Shown here in pieces: positions 53,451 through 64,000 of a stretch of 64,000 nucleotides of DNA (position 1 is the stretch's first letter; every line of letters begins with the position of its first letter). The notes under the pieces were generated by a model. It was not told the DNA's origin. It searched no databases and saw nothing but the letters and a program-made list of their open reading frames with translations. Source of the DNA: Eledone cirrhosa (taxonomy: Eukaryota); contig OZ024740.1 in the NCBI GenBank assembly GCA_964016885.1, forward strand, positions 356,066,001 to 356,130,000, read 5' to 3'. The translations under genes were made by a program, and so were the position numbers.

Positions 53451-54016
53451 TATGTCCAATAACAACAACCGTAAAGACATTTATTCCTGCTATAGCCTTG
53501 TATATCCCATGATAAACTTCTCTGCCATACACACAAAACCTTTTGCTTTTATTTCTTCCTTCATTATCTGTAACTGTAGCTCTCTTGGTCTTCTCCTTTC
53601 TTTAATTCCTTCCACATTAATTTTCATGAACTCCTCCCACCCAGCTATTTTCATCCCTCCTTAACACATGACTCAGCCATTTCATTCCATTTCTTGCCAT
53701 AATATTCATCACTGGCTCTAGTCTTCTCACCCAGTCACTTTCATCTTTCTTTAACTCATGACTCCTTCAGCCATTCTTATTGTTTTCTTTCCAGTCTTCT
53801 CTGCTTCTCTATTGCAGATAATTAATGACTTACCCTCATATAAACACTAAGTTTCTCCCAGAACTCACTATTGGCTGATCACTTTTTGTGCTGGTTGCCC
53901 CAGACTTTTACTTTCCTCCACAAAATCACAACAGATTATACACGAGGAAAGATCACTGTGGGATTGAATGGCTGATGCAGTGAGTGTTGCAGGCTGTTCT
54001 TCACCAAAGGTGTGGA

Positions 54017-54052
<36 letters not shown>

Positions 54053-54083
54053 TACATGAATCAAAGTTCTGTTCAAATCATTT

Positions 54084-54135
54084 ATTAGCTTACAATTGTT
54101 TCTTCCAAACCGAGGTTTGGAGTCTTCGGAGTAAT
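54084..54135 (-). ncRNA. Variant hammerhead motif (CCGAAGA core), left arm
   Basis: Minus strand: attact-CCGAAGA-c-tccaaacc(tc)ggtttgga-a-GAAA-caattg-TA-agctaat. Confidence 0.5.
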
Positions 54136-54490
54136 TTTTCAATGATTGTTTACATACATGACCTCCTTTCCAACACAAGAAACATACAGAAACACATGTA
54201 TATATCGATGCACAGTGGGGTGACATCCATTATAATATTTTAGCATGGCAATTTACATTCAAAGGTTAAAGTCATATTAAAAGAAAATTAAAACAAAATT
54301 AAAGTTAAAATACAACATTGGCAGTTTACGAAGATAATGCAAGAGGATAGTTTGAAGTAGTTAGTGTATGCAATAGTTACACGTGGGGCATGCACGTGTG
54401 TCTTATTTATCTGTGCATCGATATATACATGTGTTTCTGTATGTCTCTTGTGTTGGAAAGGAGGTCATGTATGTAAACAATCATTGAAAA

Positions 54491-54543
54491 ATTTCTCCGA
54501 AGACTCCAAACCTCGGTTTGGAAGAAACAATTGTAAGCTAATA
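54491..54543 (+). ncRNA. Variant hammerhead motif (CCGAAGA core), right arm
   Basis: atttct-CCGAAGA-ctccaaacctcggtttggaa-GAAA-caattg-TA-agctaat; palindromic stem III. Confidence 0.5.
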
Positions 54544-54903
54544 ACTGATTTGAACAGAACTTTGAGTCATGTAATTTCTATATAACTGCTCTGTAGAACA
54601 ACTGATGTTATTACATTGAGCTATTTATCTTACTGGTAATAAGGTAGTAATTAATTACTGTCTTCCACTGTTTAGGGTTTAAAATATATATAACTATAAA
54701 AAGTTTTAGTATATACATAACCATAAATAATATCCTTAATACTATATATATATATATATATATATATTTCAATATATATATATATATATATATATATTTC
54801 AATATATATATATATATATATATATATATTTCAATATATACAGCTTAATTTTATTTTTCAACTGTCTCTTTGTTGTAGCTATACCCAATATACATTGTAT
54901 TAT

Positions 54904-55085
54904 TTGGCAGTATCGGTAGAGGGCCGGACGCCATGCTTTCCAGCATAGTTACGTCCCTTTACGATCTGAGTTCAAATCCCGCCGAGGTTGACTTTGTCTT
55001 TCATCCTTACGGGGTCGATAAAATAAAGTACCAGTAATGCACTGGGTAATTGCTGGCCTTGTGCCTAAAGTAGAAACAATTATTG
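54904..55085 (+). mobile_element. SINE family B
   Basis: Near-consensus copy with A/B boxes and gtagaaacaattatt tail. Confidence 0.88.
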
Positions 55086-55330
55086 CTTTAAGCCTGAATT
55101 TTTCTCTCTGCTGAAATATGTTTGTTGTAATTATGAAGTAATTATACCTATAGCATCTAATAATAGCTCATTCCTATATATTAATCTAGGAAACAAATTG
55201 AATTTGCTGTCGAAATAGCAAGAGCTCAGACATCAAGCCCTGACTCTCTACTGTATTTACAGTATTATCGCAAGTATCAAGTACTCTGCTGAATAATGGT
55301 CTTACTAGTCTAAAACTGGTATAATCCTGA

Positions 55331-55403
<73 letters not shown>

Positions 55404-55559
55404 TAAATACTCAGTTAGGTGCCTGAGCGTACGGTTAGACAACCAAGAGAGAGACAGAGACTCCTAGTTCTTGTTTGGACATCATTCTAGGAGAAGGAAA
55501 ACTCTGATGTAAAATCTGCAATTCAATGGCAGCCAATGATATTGACCTGTTCTTCTTTT

Positions 55560-56090
55560 GCCATTGACACAACTGAGAGTCTACCCAAAACTTTTTTAAG
55601 CAAGATTTCTACAGCTCGATGCCCTTCCTATCACCAACCACTTTACAGTCTGTACTGGGTGTGTTTATTGTGTAAATCACCAACACTAGGGAGGTTTTCA
55701 TGCCCTTGACATGATTAGAGGGGTCTCCCAACCATTTCTCTGGCAAGTTTCAACAGCTGGGTGCTCTTCCTATCGCCAACCACTTTACAGCATGTACTGG
55801 GTGCATTTATCATGTAAATCACCAACACTAGGTTGGCAATTTACATGTCATGTCCTTGACACAGATGAAAGGTCCTCCCAACCCTTTGTTTGACAAGCTT
55901 TCTCTGGCTGGATGCCATTCCTATCATCAACCAGTTTACAGTGTGTACAGGGTGCATCTATTATGTAGATCACCAAAATTAGGGAGGCTGTCATGTTCAT
56001 GATATGGCTGAAGGGTCCTCCTGATCCTTTGTTTATTTGCTTGGCAGGCTTTATATGGCTGAAAACCCTTCCTATACCCAACCACTTCAT
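55560..56090 (-). repeat. Tandem ~140-160-bp modules of an RTE 3'-UTR-derived repeat
   Basis: Four occurrences of ccttcctat..caaccacttta(c/t)ag...gggtgca...atcaccaa. Confidence 0.75.
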
Positions 56091-57220
56091 GGAGTAGTGG
56101 GGTGAAGATGCTAGAAATGTGTATGGGGAGGGGGGAGTAGTGAAGTTGAGAATAACTGTTAGGGAGGGCTAGTAGAAGGGGGAGGGTAGGTCAGGTTACA
56201 TTGTAAGCTGCAGGCCATGTCTTCTTCAGCACTGAATGTATTTATGTGTGTGTGTGTAATTTATATATATTCACCTATTAACTTCATCTTTAAGGTATAC
56301 AGTTTTTAGAATACATTGTATTTCAATTAGTTTGATCTTCAACTATCATCAGCTTGACTAGATAATTGCCTTGGGCACTAAAATCTGCTTCATAAATTAT
56401 GAATAACTTAGAGAAAATTTCTTAACCCAACTAAAATTAGGAAAATCTAATAATAAAATGAGCAAGTGAGGTCACTCCAAGAACAGAAAATGATGTAAGA
56501 CAGAGAGGGTGGGGAAAGGGAAACAAATGACCTATCACATGATTTTTACCAGATAACAGATTCTGTTAGTAATATGATATGCAGGATCTTAAATTTATAT
56601 ATTTTTTTGTGCACACATTAATTATAATTATTTTTCTGCATCTTTCAGATGATTTGAAGAGTGTGACAACTGTAGGAAATTGTAGAAAAAAGATTGGTGA
56701 ATAAGTAGCACATTGACAATCTGGGAGAAAGGGCTGAGAGAAAGGGGTATATATTACAGGACTGGGTTAGAGCACAGAATAGCCTAGCATTAGTTATGTC
56801 ATTAGGAATCATATTCCTGGAGGTGAACATAGTTCCAGGCTGGATTTCAACTATAAACACATATTTCTAAACTAATTTTAATATCTCAACCCATAGTTCA
56901 TTAATACATGTACTAAACATATATTTCCAAACAAAGGGTTGGGAGAACCATCAGTTGTGTCAAAAACATGACAACTTCTCCTGCACACTCGGTGGAGCAT
57001 TGTTCATACATAAGTGAGACTCAGATCCCTGGCCTTCTTGGGAGATCAGTGGCTCTACTTCAGTACTGACTTGGTCTATGTGCACCCGTCCAATCCTTGC
57101 TAGCAGGGAAAGTGGATGTTAAAACGACGCCAAGGATAATGAAGATTAATAGTCTGGAAAAATGAAATTTCAATAAAAACTCATCTGTCATTTAATCTCT
57201 ATTTATTTTAATTTTCTTTT

Positions 57221-57363
57221 AATAATTGTTTCTACTTTAGGCACAAGGCCAGCAATTACCCAGTACATTACTGGTACTTTATTTTATCGACCCCGTAAGG
57301 ATGAAAGGCAAAGTTAACCTCGGCAGGATTTGAACTCAGACTGTAAAGGGACGTAACTATGCT
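57221..57363 (-). mobile_element. SINE family B (5'-truncated)
   Basis: Reverse complement of the consensus. Confidence 0.85.
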
Positions 57364-58964
57364 AGATTTTCTTTGTCTCACATAATTTGACCCCATCAAT
57401 CAATTCATCCTACATCTTCTTTACTCATGGCAATGTTATCATTAAATTCTAATAGTGTTTCACCTGTTCCAACTGTATAATTAACTGAAATATATTATGA
57501 TGCAAATGCAGATTCAAGAATTTTCTCATTTTTCTTTTTAATTTGTTTAGTTGGAAATTTTTAAAGGATGAAGAAAAAAATCAAATTAAAGCAAATTTAA
57601 AAATTGTAATTGGAAATCAAACTAAAACAAAAACTCAATAAAATACATAAATAAATAAATAAATGAAACTGAATTTTACATTAAAATTGATAAATATCTT
57701 TGTAAAATTCGAATTCTAATGTGTTTAAGGAAATGAAACAGAAAAATATTTAATCGAAATTTCTTTTTAAAGTTGATTATTGTTAAGATATATTTCCATT
57801 TGATATGGATTCAAATATTCTAACATAATTTTAAGAAAAAATATTAGGTGAAAGTATTCCCTTCTTAATAGAAAATAAAATTGAAATAGTGTAAGCAGAG
57901 TGCTTAGTTTCTTGATATTAATCTAGATAATTTAATTCTTATATATTCACTTGGGAATAAAATTTGTATAAACGATATGCAACAACTATAAAAGAAAAAG
58001 AAACTTTGATTGAAATTTTTTACTTATTCTCTGAGGCATCCCAGGATAGATAAATATAGAAACAAATGAGAAAAATTATATTAAGTTATGAACATGTTAT
58101 ATATGGAGATAGTTGCTTTACTTTTATATAATATTTTATTTATGATTCATTTTATTTGATATCATTTCATAATCTTTTTATGACATATCAAAAACAATAT
58201 TATTAGATTTTTCTGTAAGTTGTTATTTACTTGAGGCTATAAATCCAGTTTTTGTTGCTAATGTTTCGTAAATATTACTCTTATTAGCTGCTGATGTTGT
58301 TTTTGTTACTGATGTTATTGATATTTTTTACCTCCAGCTCTTAACTGATTTAGCAGATGTTATGATAAAAGGTGTTCCAGCTCATCTTCTTTTTTCAGAC
58401 AAATTATATTGTGTTTTATACTTATTTCATTTTATATCACAATTTGCAAACAATAACATTACTAGTTACAGACTTTCAATAGACCGATCACTAATTCACT
58501 GCAATAGTTACAAGGGAGGTCTGTGTAGAACAAATATCAAGAAAGGACTTTATACAAAGAGCTTTGATTTTTCATTTTTTCTTACAGATATTTACACCTT
58601 CCACGCATGTGTGCGTGTATCACAACTCATACACTGTTCACTTTTCTGACATTTGTACATTATAATATGTACTATATATGCACCTTTGATGAGTTGTAGT
58701 GCACCTGAGCACTATACACAATAATTTTCATTATATTATATTAGTAAAAATACATTATTATATCAGTGTAAGAAGATATACACATCTGATTGTTTTTCTG
58801 CCTGCCTATCTATACTAAAATGAAATTAAATAATACAAATTTCTTAGTATATTTGCACCCTATCATAGATATTTGTGAGGCCCAAGCCAAGCCATTCACC
58901 TTTCTTCATCCATCAGTCAGTTTTGTTCAAGGGAAAGGCCAATATAGCTTGACACCAGTGATAT

Positions 58965-59097
58965 TAGATGAGTGAACTGGAGCAATATGAAATAAAGTGT
59001 CTTGCTGAAGAACACAATGCACCACCCAGTCCAGAAATTAAACTCACAACCTCCCGATTGTGAGCTCAATGGACTAAGCACTAAACCAAGTGCCTTC
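58965..59097 (-). mobile_element. SINE family A head/central fragment
   Basis: gagtgaactggagcaatatgaaataaagtgtcttgct...aactcacaacc matches 32970-33097. Confidence 0.7.
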
Positions 59098-59201
59098 ACT
59101 ATAAATATATGTTATCAATAACAAAAATGCAGTGTGTGCTGGGGGCTTTTTATCATGATTCCTACATGACCACTTTACAGTGTGGGCTGAGTGATTTTTG
59201 T

Positions 59202-59243
<42 letters not shown>

Positions 59244-60702
59244 TTTCAATGATCTATATCAGCAAAGGATATAAATATTGGAGGGAAAGATGAACAGCCA
59301 GTGTTTTTTTTAATGTACTTTCTTGTAATATTTGTTCTTCATTGACTTAATGACAGTCCCTTGTCATATTCACCATCAGAAATACTTCTAGTGATCTGTG
59401 AGAGATCTAAAACTGATGATAGTATTTGTGCTATACAATGAAGATGAAATAATTAGATAAATAATCTGCCCAATTAATACCATAACAGACATAAATGGGA
59501 TACAGACAAAAAATATAATTGTTAATTATTTTCATGTGACAACTTTTCCTTAGTTATTTTCATGTTTACACCTTTTCATCCTCCTTTCTTGTTGCTTTCA
59601 TGAATATTATTCCTCCAACTTCCTCCCATCCCCCCACTCCTCTTCTCCCACTCCTCCCCTCCTTCCTCTTCATTATAATTATAGTCCTCATCATCATCAT
59701 TGTCACTGTCATCCTCAAATCCCACCACCATCACCACCACCACCACCACCACCACCACCAGCATCACCACCAGCATCACAATCACCACTACTACCACCAT
59801 TATTATTATCATTTATTCTTATGTTATGTTTCTGTAATTGCTAAGTTTGTATGGTCACAGATGTTTGTAAAATACACAATACATTTCTCTGTCATTTTCA
59901 CAACCTTCTTTGAGGTAAAATGTTTTTGGTTTCTCACCTACGTACTACATTGATCACAGATAAAGTATACAATGCCAATTAAATTATCTTGGCAGATTCT
60001 TTCTCAAAATTAGATTTTTCTTTTCTATCTTGCAGCATGTAGCCAAACAAGTGATTACAATAAACAATTTCCTGAATTTCCTTCCAGGAATATTTCTGAC
60101 AAAATAACATAATAATCCTAAGTAGTCGTCACCATTGTCTTCTTCTTCTTCTTCTTCTTCTTCTTCTTCTTCTTCTTTCTCAGAGGGCCATCAAATACTC
60201 CTTCCACGAACAAACATCGTCTGAACACCTTTATCATATGCATCAGAGTCAACCTGCGATGAAGAAACAACAACAAAAACGGATCTTCTTCTTCTTCTTG
60301 GGAGGATCATAGGAGCAGGGTCCTCAGACATGACTTCCAAATGGTTCTATCAGAAGCAACCATCTCCATACCTAACTGTGACCAATTGCACCAGCGACGA
60401 CCATAGCAATTTATTTGTGCCCTCTGCTGGGATTTTTAGTTTTATCCCTTTGAAAATGAGAACTATATTTTTAACAAATAGTGTTTAATGTCCTTACAGT
60501 AGCAAAATTCATTAAATTTTCTCGTTAGTACTAGTGCCACAATAAAATATACTCAATACATCCTGTAAATTGTTAGTGTTTGTGCCTTGAAAGAATATAC
60601 CTAGTCAACTTTGTTAAGTGACCATGCTGGTATCAAAGAAACAATGCATCCAGTAACATTTCTAAAGTGGTTTTGTTAGGAAGGACATCCAGCTATAGAA
60701 AG

Positions 60703-63700
60703 CATACCAAATATGTAATGTATGAGCACGATGAGGACAGTGACAATCCATCCAACACATACCAAATATGTAATGTATGAGCAAGATGAGGACAGTGACA
60801 ATCCATCCAACACATACCAAATATGTAATGTATGAGCAAGATGAGGACAGTGACAATCCATCCAACACATACCAAATATGTAATGTATGAGCAAGATGAG
60901 GACAGTGACAATCCATCCAACACATACCAAATATGTAATGTATGAGCAAGATGAGGACAGTGACAATCCATCCAACACATACCAAATATGTAATGTATGA
61001 GCAAGATGAGGACAGTGACAATCCATCCAACATATACCAAATATGTAATGTATGAGCAAGATGAGGACAGTGACAATCCATCCAACATATACCAAATATG
61101 TAATGTATGAGCAAGATGAGGACAGTGACAATCCATCCAACATATACCAAATATGTAATGTATGAGCAAGATGAGGACAGTGACAATCCATCCAACATAT
61201 ACCAAATATGTAATGTATGAGCAAGATGAGGACAGTGACAATCCATCCAACATATACCAAATATGTAATGTATGAGCAAGATGAGGACAGTGACAATCCA
61301 TCCAACATATACCAAATATGTAATGTATGAGCAAGATGAGGACAGTGACAATCCATCCAACACATACCAAATATGTAATGTATGAGCAAGATGAGGACAG
61401 TGACAATCCATCCAACACATACCAAATATGTAATGTATGAGCAAGATGAGGACAGTGACAATCCATCCAACACATACCAAATATGTAACGGATGAGCACG
61501 ATGAGGACAGTGACAATCCATCCAACACATACCAAATATGTAATGTATGAGAAAGATGAGGACAGTGACAATTCATCCAACACATACCAAATATGTAATG
61601 TATGAGCAAGATGAGGACAGTGACAATCCATCCAACATATACCAAATATGTAATGTATGAGCAAGATGAGGACAGTGACAATCCATCCAACATATACCAA
61701 ATATGTAATGTATGAGCAAGATGAGGACAGTGACAATCCATCCAACATATACCAAATATGTAATGTATGAGAAAGATGAGGACAGTGACAATTCATCCAA
61801 CACATACCAAATATGTAATGTATGAGCAAGATGAGGACAGTGACAATCCATCCAACATATACCAAATATGTAATGTATGAGCAAGATGAGGACAGTGACA
61901 ATCCATCCAACATATACCAAATATGTAATGTATGAGCAAGATGAGGACAGTGACAATCCATCCAACATATACCAAATATGTAATGTATGAGCAAGATGAG
62001 GACAGTGACAATCCATCCAACATATACCAAATATGTAATGTATGAGCAAGATGAGGACAGTGACAATCCATCCAACATATACCAAATATGTAATGTATGA
62101 GCAAGATGAGGACAGTGACAATCCATCCAACATATACCAAATATGTAATGTATGAGCAAGATGAGGACAGTGACAATCCATCCAACATATACCAAATATG
62201 TAATGTATGAGCAAGATGAGGACAGTGACAATCCATCCAACACATACCAAATATGTAATGTATGAGCAAGATGAGGACAGTGACAATCCATCCAACATAT
62301 ACCAAATATGTAATGTATGAGCAAGATGAGGACAGTGACAATCCATCCAACATATACCAAATATGTAATGTATGAGCAAGATGAGGACAGTGACAATCCA
62401 TCCAACACATACCAAATATGTAATGTATGAGCAAGATGAGGACAGTGACAATCCATCCAACACATACCAAATATGTAATGTATGAGCAAGATGAGGACAG
62501 TGACAATCCATCCAACACATACCAAATATGTAATGTATGAGCACGATGAGGACAGTGACAATCCATCCAACACATACCAAATATGTAATGTATGAGCATG
62601 ATGAGGACAGTGACAATCCATCCAACACATACCAAATATGTAATGTATGAGCAAGATGAGGACAGTGACAATCCATCCAACACATACCAAATATGTAATG
62701 TATGAGCAAGATGAGGACAGTGACAATCCATCCAACACATACCAAATATGTAATGTATGAGCAAGATGAGGACAGTGACAATCCATCCAACACATACCAA
62801 ATATGTAACGGATGAGCACGATGAGGACAGTGACAATCCATCCAACACATACCAAATATGTAATGTATGAGCAAGATGAGGACAGTGACAATCCATCCAA
62901 CACATACCAAATATGTAATGTATGAGCATGATGAGGACAGTGACAATCCATCCAACACATACCAAATATGTAATGTATGAGCATGATGAGGACAGTGACA
63001 ATCCATCCAACACATACCAAATATGTAATGTATGAGCAAGATGAGGACAGTGACAATCCATCCAACATATACCAAATATGTAATGTATGAGCAAGATGAG
63101 GACAGTGACAATCCATCCAACACATACCAAATATGTAATGTATGAGCAAGATGAGGACAGTGACAATCCATCCAACACATACCAAATATGTAATGTATGA
63201 GCAAGATGAGGACAGTGACAATCCATCCAACATATACCAAATATGTAATGTATGAGCAAGATGAGGACAGTGACAATCCATCCAACACATACCAAATATG
63301 TAATGTATGAGCATGATGAGGACAGTGACAATCCATCCAACACATACCAAATATGTAATGTATGAGCAAGATGAGGACAGTGACAATCCATCCAACACAT
63401 ACCAAATATGTAATGTATGAGCAAGATGAGGACAGTGACAATCCATCCAACACATACCAAATATGTAATGTATGAGCAAGATGAGGACAGTGACAATCCA
63501 TCCAACACATACCAAATATGTAATGTATGAGCAAGATGAGGACAGTGACAATCCATCCAACATATACCAAATATGTAATGTATGAGCAAGATGAGGACAG
63601 TGACAATCCATCCAACACATACCAAATATGTAATGTATGAGCAAGATGAGGACAGTGACAATCCATCCAACATATACCAAATATGTAATGTATGAGCAAG

Positions 63701-64000
63701 ATGAGGACAGTGACAATCCATCCAACACATACCAAATATGTAATGTATGAGCAAGATGAGGACAGTGACAATCCATCCAACACATACCAAATATGTAATG
63801 TATGAGCAAGATGAGGACAGTGACAATCCATCCAACACATACCAAATATGTAATGTATGAGCATGATGAGGACAGTGACAATCCATCCAACACATACCAA
63901 ATATGTAATGTATGAGCAAGATGAGGACAGTGACAATCCATCCAACACATACCAAATATGTAATGTATGAGCAAGATGAGGACAGTGACAATCCATCCAA
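60703..64000. repeat. 55-bp tandem satellite, ~60 copies, runs off the window end
   Basis: Unit cataccaaatatgtaatgtatgagcaagatgaggacagtgacaatccatccaaca; highly homogeneous. Confidence 0.98.

Larger units (their letters stand above)
54049..54577. mobile_element. Inverted-repeat element (~167-bp arms) carrying variant hammerhead motifs
   Basis: Arms 54049-54215 and 54411-54577 are reverse complements; the left arm abuts (TA)n. Confidence 0.7.

Noticed and set aside
56649-56696. Possible plus-strand 48-bp exon (ctttcag|...ttg|gtgaat)
   Set aside because: Weak donor, no supporting neighbouring exons and no recognisable peptide.
58254-58292. Minus-strand gtaa(tat)ttac-GAAA-cat-TA motif
   Set aside because: No CUGANGA core upstream; could be chance in AT-rich DNA.
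60662-64000. Very long minus-strand ORFs (up to 1093 aa, Cys/His-rich)
   Set aside because: Artefact of a 55-bp unit lacking stops on the minus strand. All three frames give the same 55-aa cycle, and the unit derives from a non-coding retroelement tail.
60703-64000. CRISPR-like regular array
   Set aside because: Units are contiguous and near-identical with no unique spacers; eukaryotic context with no cas genes.

Overview
AT-rich, repeat-saturated eukaryotic DNA, intergenic or intronic. The repeat repertoire (RTE LINEs with (GAT)n tails, tRNA-derived SINEs, TTAA- and TA-flanked MITEs, very long (TA)/(CA) microsatellites) suggests an animal, probably an octopus or other coleoid cephalopod; this is inference. 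No host protein-coding gene is recognisable, and most long ORFs are translations of simple repeats. Real coding remnants belong to non-LTR retrotransposons: several RTE copies (one with an uninterrupted 541-aa RT ORF carrying an internal PHD-type C4HC3 finger), one CR1 fragment and one L1/Tx1 fragment. The most striking hidden signal is about nine type-I hammerhead-ribozyme-like motifs (C[U/C]GA[A/U]GA - stem II - GAAA - short stem III - UH) from several unrelated sequence families. Several sit in the arms of inverted repeats abutting (TA)n tracts, which resembles non-autonomous Penelope-like/retrozyme elements. Other notable items are fold-back inverted duplications, a 55-bp satellite born from an RTE/SINE 3' tail, a 38/39-bp G-rich minisatellite, and a SINE sharing its tail with an RTE. 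Coordinates were counted by eye, and boundaries of decayed elements are approximate.
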